Shown here piece by piece: positions 26,416 to 34,275 of a DNA stretch of 34,275 nucleotides. The stretch's first letter is position 1; each line of letters opens with the position of its first letter. The DNA is from Methanobrevibacter sp. (GTDB lineage: Archaea > Methanobacteriota > Methanobacteria > Methanobacteriales > Methanobacteriaceae). Under the pieces are notes generated by a model. The model searched no databases and was not told where the DNA came from. It was given only the letters and a program-made list of their open reading frames with translations. Both the position numbers and the translations under genes were made by a program. The stretch lies in contig JAZNRM010000321.1 of the NCBI GenBank assembly GCA_045590695.1, positions 1-34,275 of the forward strand, in the 5' to 3' direction.

Positions 26416-26481
26416 TGTACTAATATTATGTATAATGTACTATATAAAGCTTTGTAGTACATATTTGTACATTATAGTATC
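26416..26481 (-). promoter_or_regulatory. trpB2 promoter with TRP-box-like (TGTACA) TrpY operator sites
   Basis: Minus-strand TATA box TTTATATA at 26448-26441, flanked by TGTACT (26416, 26436), AGTACA (26456) and TGTACA (26466), all in 10-bp phase. TrpY/TRP-box control of trpB2 is known in Methanothermobacter. Confidence 0.75.
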
Positions 26482-26573
26482 AAAATAAAATATTTTTCTT
26501 AGTTTTTCAGAGTTTTATATGCTTTTTCAAGATTTATAAAAAACTTAAATATTTTTAAAACAAATAGAAAACT

Positions 26574-27635
26574 ATGAAAATTTTAGCTATTGATGTAGGA
26601 ACTGGCACTGAAGACATTCTATTGTATGACAGTGAAAAAGAGATTGAAAATTCAATGAAACTGGTTATCCCATCCCCTCATTTAACTATCGGCCAGATGA
26701 TATCCGAATGTGAAAGCGACATTTACTTTGATGGAGTCATAATGGGTGGAGGAAAGATTAAGGACAGATGCCTTGAGCATATGGAAAAAGGATATAAGAT
26801 TGTATTCGAGGATTTGGCAGCAAGAACAATCCGTGACAATATAGATCAGGTAAAGTCATATGGATTTGAAATAGCAGAGGATAATGCATATGAAAAGGAT
26901 TCAAGCTATTCAAATTATGCAAGAATATCCTTAAAAGATGTGGATGTAAACCATTTAATCGATATTTTCTCTTCATTTGACCTTGACTTGGAAGTGGATG
27001 AGCTCATTGTAGCTGTTCAGGATCATGGATACAGTGAAGATATGGGAGATAGGGACTTCAGATTCGAGAAAATCAAGGAAAAACTCCCAGAACCTATGGA
27101 GCCTGAAACATTTGCAATGGAAGCTGAAGAAGTTCCTGAATACTTTACAAGGATGCAATCTGTAATAAAATCATTAGCTAAAGATAATCCTGAATTCAAG
27201 CCAGTTCTCATGGATACCAAGTTTGCATCAATCGCTGGAGTATGCTACGATAAGGAAGTTCTAAAGCTAAACAGCTTTGTTGTTATGGATATAGGCAATG
27301 GCCATACTACTGTAGCGTCTATTGAAGATGGTAAAATACAGGGTGTATTCGAGCACCACACAAGAGATTTAACCTCTCAAAGACTTGAAGAGCTTGTTTT
27401 AGCCCTTGCTGACGGAACAATTAAGCATGAGGATGTTCATGGTGAAGGAGGCCATGGCGCATTTGCATTGAATCCTATTTCCAAATTGGAAAAGGTAATT
27501 GTTGCAGGTCCAAAAAGAGCATTGATCGAAGGCACCAATCTTGACTATTATCATGCAGCTCCTGGTGGAGATGTTATGATGACTGGTACTGTAGGCCTTG
27601 TAAAGTCAATGGAATTCTTAAGAAAAAATAAATAA
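26574..27635 (+). CDS. DUF1786-family protein (ASKHA/actin-like fold, putative kinase)
   Basis: ILAIDVGTGTEDI and VMDIGNGHT phosphate loops; AVQDHG, FEHHT, GGHG and APGGDVMMTGTVGL motifs. Confidence 0.8.
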   Translation: MKILAIDVGTGTEDILLYDSEKEIENSMKLVIPSPHLTIGQMISECESDIYFDGVIMGGGKIKDRCLEHMEKGYKIVFEDLAARTIRDNIDQVKSYGFEIAEDNAYEKDSSYSNYARISLKDVDVNHLIDIFSSFDLDLEVDELIVAVQDHGYSEDMGDRDFRFEKIKEKLPEPMEPETFAMEAEEVPEYFTRMQSVIKSLAKDNPEFKPVLMDTKFASIAGVCYDKEVLKLNSFVVMDIGNGHTTVASIEDGKIQGVFEHHTRDLTSQRLEELVLALADGTIKHEDVHGEGGHGAFALNPISKLEKVIVAGPKRALIEGTNLDYYHAAPGGDVMMTGTVGLVKSMEFLRKNK

Positions 27636-27996
27636 AAAAATAATTTATATAATATAACTATATTATAATAGTTTTATAATAATTTTATAATAATTTTATT
27701 TATCTTATATATTTACATACATTTTTCCTTATTTTTTTAATTTTTTCAGTTACTTTTAACCTTTATTCAGTAATTTTTTTCTAAAATTTCATCATTTCCT
27801 AGTTACTTTTTCATTTTTCCTTGCAACTTTTTTCGAATATACAGTAAATTTTTTTGCAATTTATTTTGAGTATCGGTGAAATTTTTCATTAATATTTATG
27901 GAGATATAAAAAAAGTTTATAATGGATTAATACTAATATAACAATTGATAATATTAATAATAACAATTTAATTTAATAGAAAAAATGAGGCATAAT

Positions 27997-28662
27997 ATGA
28001 AATTTGATCCACATATCCATAGTGTTTATTCAGGCGATTCCCGTTCAGAAGTTATAGACATTCTAATAGAAGCTGAAAAGAAAGGGCTAGATGCTATTGC
28101 AATCAGTGATCATAATGAAATAAAAGGTTCAAGACTTGCAAGGTCTTATGGCGGCAACATCATTGTAGTTCCATCTATTGAAATATCATCTGACAAAGGC
28201 CATATTTTAGGATTAGGTGTAGATGAAATCATTCCTAAGGGATTGTCTGCTGTAGAGACTGTAGATAGAATTCACGATGCAGGTGGACTTGCTATTGTAC
28301 CTCATCCATTTTCATATTACAGGCATGGTCTCTTCTGCAATGTTGACAAGAACCTTGTTGTCGATGGTGTGGAAACCAAAAATGCAAGGTACATTTTTGG
28401 ATACTCAAACAAGCAGGCAGAAACATTGGCATACAATAAAAGACTTGCAACCTTAGGTGCAAGTGACTCCCATTTCCTTAAATCAGTTGGGGATGCATTC
28501 ACTGAAGTGAACACCAAGGGAGACGATTCTGTAGATGGAATCTTGAAAGCTATCAAGCATAGACGTTGCAAGGCAATGGGCCATAGAACAAGCAATTTCC
28601 TCATAGCTAAGGAAGTCTTTGTAAAGAAAGTCCTTAGAAGGTACCCAAAAAGAGAGGAGTAA
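27997..28662 (+). CDS. PHP-domain metal-dependent phosphoesterase
   Basis: DPHIHSVYSGD, AISDHN, EIS...GHIL, PHPF, GASDSH. The ATG at 27997 follows GAGG; alternative ATG at 27985. Confidence 0.9.
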   Translation: MKFDPHIHSVYSGDSRSEVIDILIEAEKKGLDAIAISDHNEIKGSRLARSYGGNIIVVPSIEISSDKGHILGLGVDEIIPKGLSAVETVDRIHDAGGLAIVPHPFSYYRHGLFCNVDKNLVVDGVETKNARYIFGYSNKQAETLAYNKRLATLGASDSHFLKSVGDAFTEVNTKGDDSVDGILKAIKHRRCKAMGHRTSNFLIAKEVFVKKVLRRYPKREE

Positions 28663-28699
28663 TAAAATTATTAATTTTCAATGATATTTTTTTGATAAT

Positions 28700-29557
28700 A
28701 TGCCGACTGTAGACACTTTTCTCCCGGACTTTATACAAAGCACATTTTTCTCTGGATACACTGTTTTCAATACTGTAGTGTATACATTGATTTTAGTTGC
28801 TTTCATATTGGCAATTATCAAGATGTTTAAAAAGCTGGAGTTTGATTCGCTATCAATTTTCTATTCAATCATCCCATTTATTTTTCTGGGATCATCCACA
28901 CGAGCTTTAGTTGACAATGGAGTTTATCCAAAAACTGTTTTTCTAATAACTCCAGGACTTTATATTCTTGTAGGATTGACTACTATCCTATCATTTTTAT
29001 TTTGCATATACCTATTTAGAAAAAAAGGAATCGATTATAGGTATTCATTGTTTTTCATAGGAATAATATTATCATTGCCTAATGTGATCCTATTTTCAAA
29101 TGTGAATTCTACAGCAATAATTTATGTCATATTGACATGGATAGTTTCATCATTGATATTCCTTGGACTCGTGTTTTTAGTTTTATATATTAAGAACAAT
29201 ATTTTCAAAAGTGTTGATGAGATCAATCTTTCCAAGTTCATTGCAAAAATGAAAAAATACAAAATTAATTTTTCAATTGTTCTTGCACATTTGTTCGATG
29301 CATCAACAACATATGTTGCTGTAGAATACTTCAATTATTATGAACAGCATGTTTTACCAAATGCTCTAAATCAGCTATTCGATACATATCTTACTTTATT
29401 TCCTATGAAAATTATAGTCATCGTTGCAGTATTATACATAATCGATCAATATTTCGATGACTTAACTATAAAAAATCTATTAAAATTAACAGTATTTGTA
29501 TTAGGATTAGCCCCAGGATTAAGGAATATTTTGACTATGGCTATCGCTACACTATAA
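28700..29557 (+). CDS. DUF63-family archaeal membrane protein
   Basis: GYTVFNTVVY, PFIFLGSSTRALVD, LITPGLY, AHLFDASTT, YYEQHVLP and LGLAPGLRN motifs; ~8 TM segments. Confidence 0.8.
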   Translation: MPTVDTFLPDFIQSTFFSGYTVFNTVVYTLILVAFILAIIKMFKKLEFDSLSIFYSIIPFIFLGSSTRALVDNGVYPKTVFLITPGLYILVGLTTILSFLFCIYLFRKKGIDYRYSLFFIGIILSLPNVILFSNVNSTAIIYVILTWIVSSLIFLGLVFLVLYIKNNIFKSVDEINLSKFIAKMKKYKINFSIVLAHLFDASTTYVAVEYFNYYEQHVLPNALNQLFDTYLTLFPMKIIVIVAVLYIIDQYFDDLTIKNLLKLTVFVLGLAPGLRNILTMAIATL

Positions 29558-29675
29558 GTTAAAATTTAATAAATTTTTTAATTATTTTATCTTTTTTTTT
29601 TAAAAAATTAAAAATAGAATTAGAAAAAAATTGGAATGATAAAAAAATAAAATATTTAAAATTAAAAAAAAGTTT

Positions 29676-31211
29676 TTAGCTATTTTTCTCAATAGCTAAT
29701 AATCTGTTTATAGAGTTTATGACTGCAACTACACTTGAGATGATAACGTCCTCTCTTGTAGCTCTTCCTGTTGCCCTATGGCCATCATTGTCTGAAATCA
29801 CTACAAAGGTTTCTGCCAATGCATCAGTACCACCGCTTACCGCTTCAAGTCTGTACTCTTCAAGGTTAATGTCAACGGTTTCCTTTACAAGAGATTTGAT
29901 TGCACCTATTGCTGCATCAACTGGACCTACTCCAATTTGAGAGGTTTCAAGAACCTTTCCTTCAATTGAAAGTCTTACAGTTGCTGTTGCAGATACGGAT
30001 TCTCCAGTCATTACACTCATTCCAAGTAGCTTGATATACTCTTTGCCACTTGTACTCAATTCTGTAATTGCAATGGATTTCAAGTCCTCATCTGTAATGC
30101 ATTTACCTTTATCACCAAGAGTCTTTACCTGATTGTAAATGTTTTCGAATTGCTTAGGGCTTACCTCTATATTGAACTCTTCCAATTTGGATTTGATTCC
30201 AGCATGGCCGGTATGCTTTCCAAGTGCAATTCTTCTTTTGTGACCTACAAGTTCAGGTGGAATCGGTTCATAAGTGGAAGTGTTTTTCAATATTCCATCC
30301 ACATGGATGCCTGATTCATGAGCGAATGCATTTTCTCCCACTATAGGTTTTGTAGGAGGCATCTTTATACCAGTGATTGATCCTATAAAGTTTGAGGTAT
30401 CATACAATTTGGTTGTATCCACACCGATATTAGCGCCATAAGCTATCTTCAAGCTCACTACAAGTTCCTCTAAAGAGGTGTTTCCAGCTCTTTCACCAAT
30501 ACCGTTTATAGTACAATGAGCTTGGTTTGCCCCTTCCTCAATACCGATGATTGAATTTGATACAGCAAGTCCAAAGTCATTGTGGAAATGAAGACTTATA
30601 GGAACGTTAATTTTCTTTCTTAGGATTCTTATTAAATCTCTTGTAGTGGGTGGGACTAAAATTCCAACGGTGTCAGGCACATTTATTATGTCTGCTCCTG
30701 CACCTTCAACACCTTTGTAGAATTCTATTAGATAATTAAGTTCGGTCCTTGTAGCGTCTTCAGCAGAAAATTCGACGGTAAGGCCATGATCCTTTGCATA
30801 TTCAACCGCTTCAATCGCTTGGTTCAATATCTCTTCCTTGGATTTTTTCAGCTTATAGTCTCTATGAAGTGGAGAAGTTCCAATAAACAAGTGAGCATAT
30901 GACAAGTCAGAGTCTATCACTGCATCGATATCCTTTTGCAATACTCTTGCAAGACCGCATATATTAGACTTAAAGCCTAATTCAACCATTCTTTTTGCAG
31001 CTTTTCTTTCACCTTCAGATACAGTTGGAAAACCCATTTCAATGGTGTCCACTCCAAGCTCATCAAGCTTTTGAGCTATCTTTATTTTCTCATTCACTGT
31101 TAAAGCGATGCCTGGAGCCTGTTCTCCATCTCTTAAGGTTGTATCAAAAATTCTGATCTTATCAGGGATTTTCAATTCTTCCTTTACATCTTCAATGTTT
31201 ATTGCGTTCAT
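29676..31211 (-). CDS. leuA: 2-isopropylmalate synthase (LeuA/CimA family; LeuA favoured)
   Basis: FDTTLRDGEQ, GTSPLHRDYKL, EFSAEDATRT, PDTVG, HFHNDFGLA, NGIGERAGN, AFAHESGIHVDG and a C-terminal regulatory domain (GVGPVDA). Citramalate synthase cannot be fully excluded. Confidence 0.8.
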   Translation of the reverse strand: MNAINIEDVKEELKIPDKIRIFDTTLRDGEQAPGIALTVNEKIKIAQKLDELGVDTIEMGFPTVSEGERKAAKRMVELGFKSNICGLARVLQKDIDAVIDSDLSYAHLFIGTSPLHRDYKLKKSKEEILNQAIEAVEYAKDHGLTVEFSAEDATRTELNYLIEFYKGVEGAGADIINVPDTVGILVPPTTRDLIRILRKKINVPISLHFHNDFGLAVSNSIIGIEEGANQAHCTINGIGERAGNTSLEELVVSLKIAYGANIGVDTTKLYDTSNFIGSITGIKMPPTKPIVGENAFAHESGIHVDGILKNTSTYEPIPPELVGHKRRIALGKHTGHAGIKSKLEEFNIEVSPKQFENIYNQVKTLGDKGKCITDEDLKSIAITELSTSGKEYIKLLGMSVMTGESVSATATVRLSIEGKVLETSQIGVGPVDAAIGAIKSLVKETVDINLEEYRLEAVSGGTDALAETFVVISDNDGHRATGRATREDVIISSVVAVINSINRLLAIEKNS

Positions 31212-31291
31212 TTTTCCCTATCCTTTTGATTTAATAAGTAAATAAGTATAATTTTAATTTATAATTTTAATTATTTATTATTTTTAGTTAT

Positions 31292-32407
31292 CTAATAATT
31301 ATCCAAAGCTGACTGGTAGTTTCCATCCAATTTTATGTATGGTTCAGCCCTTTTTACAACAACTCCAATTCTTTGAAGCTCTTCAAGTTTCTTGAATGGC
31401 TTGTTTTTACGTATGGCCATAATCTTTCTTGCGGATTTAGGACCGATTCCAGGTACACGTATCAGTTTTTTATAGGATGCATAGTTAATTTCTACAGGGA
31501 AAATGTCCATTTCCCTTGCAGCTAAAATCTTTGGATCTTCCTTCAAGGAAAGCTTGTCGTTTTCATCAAATACAAGTTCTTTTACATCAAACTTGTAATC
31601 GCTTAGCAAGGCATCTGCATGGTAGAGTTTAGCTGTTCTATCTGTATTGCAGGATTCCTTGTTTTCAAATTCAGTTCCCTCTACTGGTGAAAATGCACTA
31701 AAATAGCTTCTTCTAAGGTCTACTTTCTTGTATAGGCTTTCCATTCTTTTAAGAATTTCCAAGTCGGTTTCATCATTTGCACCAACAATCAACTGTGTTG
31801 TATGGCCGGATTTTGCAAAGCTTGGATTCTTCTTTGCTATGTCATTCATCCAATCCAATCTTTTTAAAATGTCCTTATTGTAGTCCTTAGTGCTTGTGAT
31901 TTCACTGAGGCCATCTTTAGTGGCAGCCTCTATGTTCAGGCTTACCCTATTTGCCAAGCTCATTGCCCTTTTGATTGAATCCTTAGATGCTCCAGGAATA
32001 ATCTTAAGGTGAATGTAATCATCGTATCCATAATCCTTTCTGAGGATTCTTGCTGTTTCTATGGTTTTTTCCATAGTGTTGTCTATTGTATCACCGATTC
32101 CAGAACTTAGGAAAAGACCATTTACATAGCCATTGTTGTAGTAATGCAAAAAAGCTCTTGACAATTCTTCAGGACTTAGTTCAAGACGAGTGAAATTGCG
32201 TCTGCTTTGATTGATGCAGTATTTGCAATCGTTTTTGCATTTGTTTGTCATCAAGGTCTTAAAGAGAGGTATCTTGCATCCATTATGTCCAGTGGCATGG
32301 TAAATCCCAGGGAGATTAACCTGTGAGCTCTTGCTATGGCTGACATAATCGCACAGGTCATATTGTGCACTATCTGCCAAAACTTGCATTTTTTCCAATG
32401 TAGACAT
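31292..32407 (-). CDS. Putative DNA modification/repair radical SAM protein with helix-hairpin-helix (TIGR03916-like)
   Basis: LADSAQYD, GIYH, FKTLMTNKCKNDCKYCIN (CxxxCxxC), GLFLSSG, YIHLKIIPG, TTQLIVGA, YFSAFSP; HhH LIRVPGIGPKSARKI. Confidence 0.88.
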   Translation of the reverse strand: MSTLEKMQVLADSAQYDLCDYVSHSKSSQVNLPGIYHATGHNGCKIPLFKTLMTNKCKNDCKYCINQSRRNFTRLELSPEELSRAFLHYYNNGYVNGLFLSSGIGDTIDNTMEKTIETARILRKDYGYDDYIHLKIIPGASKDSIKRAMSLANRVSLNIEAATKDGLSEITSTKDYNKDILKRLDWMNDIAKKNPSFAKSGHTTQLIVGANDETDLEILKRMESLYKKVDLRRSYFSAFSPVEGTEFENKESCNTDRTAKLYHADALLSDYKFDVKELVFDENDKLSLKEDPKILAAREMDIFPVEINYASYKKLIRVPGIGPKSARKIMAIRKNKPFKKLEELQRIGVVVKRAEPYIKLDGNYQSALDNY

Positions 32408-32682
32408 AGTATACCTCTTTAATTTTTCTTGATTTTTGCTTATATAAAAACTAAATATTCTTGTTCTGTTATATTTTCATATATAATTTTTTTATTTTAA
32501 TATTATATACTTTATGTAAGCAAATAAAAATTATTTTTTCTGATTTATTGTATCCTATTATTATTACAAAAACTTTAAAAATCCCTTGTTTTTATTACTT
32601 TCTTTCAATATCTCTTATATTTATGCCGATTTCTTATTTTATTTAAGAAAATTTTATATAAAATATATGCTAATTTAATATT

Positions 32683-34167
32683 ATGAAAGTCGTACTTGCT
32701 GGAACTGGAAGTGCTGTTGGAAAAACCACTATTTCTACAGGAATAATGAAGGCACTTCAAGATGAAAATGTTCAGCCATTCAAGGTTGGCCCTGATTTCA
32801 TTGATCCTTCTTACCATACAATTGCTACAGGCAATGTATCAAGGAACTTGGATTCTTTTTTCATGGATGAGTTTCAAATAATCAATTCATTTGAAAGGGC
32901 TATGAAGATATCCAAATCCAATATGGGGATTATTGAAGGTGTTAGAGGCCTATATGAAGGTATCAGTCCTATCAGTGATATAGGTAACACTGCCTCTATT
33001 GCTAAGGCTTTAGATGCACCTGTAGTTCTACTTATGGATTCAAGAAGCTTGGTGAAAAGTGCAGCAGCTGTTGTATTGGGTTTTAAGGCTCTTGACCCTG
33101 ATGTAAGAATAGAAGGAGTTATCTTGAATAAGGTCAAAGGTCCAAGACATTTCAGAAAGGCTAAAGAATCAGTTGAGAAATTGGCAAATGTTCCAGTAAT
33201 TGGTGGCATTCCAAGAAATGATGAGATTGCAGTGGAAGAAAGGCATCTCGGTTTGGTCCCAGCTCTTGAAAAGGAAAAGATCAATAGGAATATTGAACTT
33301 TGGGGTAATATTGCTGAGGAGTATATAGACTTGGATGCTCTAAAGGATATAATGAAAACATCCGATAAATCTGCTTTAAAAGACAATAAGAATAAGGCCA
33401 TTGAATCAATGGAAGAGGATAATAATCATGGCCATCGTGTGGATTTATCCATTCATGAGGATGAATTCAATAGGGAGCATAATGAGGCAATAAATCTTGA
33501 AGTTACTAATGATTCCAAACCAGGTGAATTATGGAAAACAGGCAATAAGACTCCTTTAAAAATTGGTGTTGCCATAGATGAAATCTTCACCTTTTACTAT
33601 AAGGAAACATTGGAATCCCTTGAGGATAATGGGGCGAAAATTGTTCCATTCAGCCCATATAAGGATGAGGAGATTCCAGATGTAGATGCCCTTTACATTG
33701 GCGGAGGATACCCTGAAGTCTTCAAGAAGGAATTGTCTGAGAATGAATCCATGCTAAAATCCATCAATAAGTTCCACAATGAAGATAGGCCAATATATGG
33801 TGAATGCGGTGGATTGATCTATTTATCAGAGTCTATTGATGGCTTAGGAATGGTCAATGCAATCCCATACGCTGCTGAAATGACTCCTAGAGTTCAAGGA
33901 TTGAATTATGTTGTAGCAAGGTCCAATAGGGATAACCTCATATCTGAAGAAGGAGACATTTTCCGTGCACATGAATTCCATTACACTAAACTCAACATAG
34001 ACAGTACAGATGATCTTGCATTTGATGTGCTTAGAGGCAGAGGTGTATTGAATAGTATGGATGGAGTCAGTGTTAGGAACACTTTAGCTAATTATATTCA
34101 TATTCATGCTTGTTCATGTCCTAACTTTGCATATAATTTCACTAAAAATATAGCAGAGTTAGACTAA
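32683..34167 (+). CDS. cfbB: Ni-sirohydrochlorin a,c-diamide synthase (F430 biosynthesis; CbiA/CobB paralog)
   Basis: [38 protein letters not shown] (CfbB-type, versus EGVMGLFDG in CbiA), [29 protein letters not shown]. Confidence 0.82.
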   Translation: MKVVLAGTGSAVGKTTISTGIMKALQDENVQPFKVGPDFIDPSYHTIATGNVSRNLDSFFMDEFQIINSFERAMKISKSNMGIIEGVRGLYEGISPISDIGNTASIAKALDAPVVLLMDSRSLVKSAAAVVLGFKALDPDVRIEGVILNKVKGPRHFRKAKESVEKLANVPVIGGIPRNDEIAVEERHLGLVPALEKEKINRNIELWGNIAEEYIDLDALKDIMKTSDKSALKDNKNKAIESMEEDNNHGHRVDLSIHEDEFNREHNEAINLEVTNDSKPGELWKTGNKTPLKIGVAIDEIFTFYYKETLESLEDNGAKIVPFSPYKDEEIPDVDALYIGGGYPEVFKKELSENESMLKSINKFHNEDRPIYGECGGLIYLSESIDGLGMVNAIPYAAEMTPRVQGLNYVVARSNRDNLISEEGDIFRAHEFHYTKLNIDSTDDLAFDVLRGRGVLNSMDGVSVRNTLANYIHIHACSCPNFAYNFTKNIAELD

Positions 34168-34275
34168 AGTTTTATTTTTTTCTTAAAATTTTTTTATAAT
34201 TAGATTTCTATTTCTACTTTTTCTATATTTTTTAATTTTTCATTTCCGTGAACTTTTTTTAAAATTTATTTTTGT

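Noticed and set aside
26574-27635. Pyruvate formate-lyase activating enzyme, a label often attached to this family
   Set aside because: No CxxxCxxC radical SAM motif; the motifs are ASKHA-type.
27656-27885. 11-bp TATAATA[GA]TTT x3 repeat (27664-27696) and a degenerate 33-bp duplication (27821/27854)
   Set aside because: Nearly pure A/T or heavily mismatched; consistent with slippage near a terminator and lacking other support.
32461-32817. Small ORFs 32461-32646 (+) and 32605-32817 (-)
   Set aside because: They lie in the AT-rich divergent promoter region or overlap the cfbB start, with no RBS and low-complexity translations.
1-34275. tRNA, rRNA, IS elements, integrases, prophage or defence genes
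   Set aside because: No GC-rich structured RNA segment, transposase or integrase motif, or terminal inverted repeat was recognised by eye. A covariance-model search (tRNAscan-SE/Infernal) would be needed to exclude small RNAs.

Overview
AT-rich, gene-dense chromosomal window from a methanogenic archaeon. Gene content (cfbB, CTP-dependent riboflavin kinase, trpB2 with TRP boxes, double-domain PurE, archaeal UbiD, GGTGA/GAGG ribosome-binding sites) points to Methanobacteriales, probably Methanobrevibacter; this is an inference, not a database match. Bases 1-8.5 kb are the end of a teichoic-acid-like wall-polymer locus: a probable TagF-like tail, O-acyltransferase, GNAT, an intact plus a degenerate LicD, a class V aminotransferase, a TagD-Gfo/Idh/MocA fusion and bacterial-type GpsA. 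The rest is mostly housekeeping genes, two glycosyltransferases and a pair of membrane EF-hand/zinc-finger paralogs. The strongest candidate for an undescribed system is at 23.07-24.97 kb, with three parts: (1) a bacterial Soj-type ParA; (2) a partner protein with the bacterial ParB N-terminal GLGRGL peptide, no ParB CTPase/HTH core and a probable ribbon-helix-helix C-terminus; (3) a ~240-bp array of about 34 phased degenerate heptamers (consensus TATAA[G/C]T) just upstream of parA. Together these look like a complete chromosomal segrosome (ATPase, adaptor, centromere). No rRNA, tRNA, CRISPR array or transposase was recognised.
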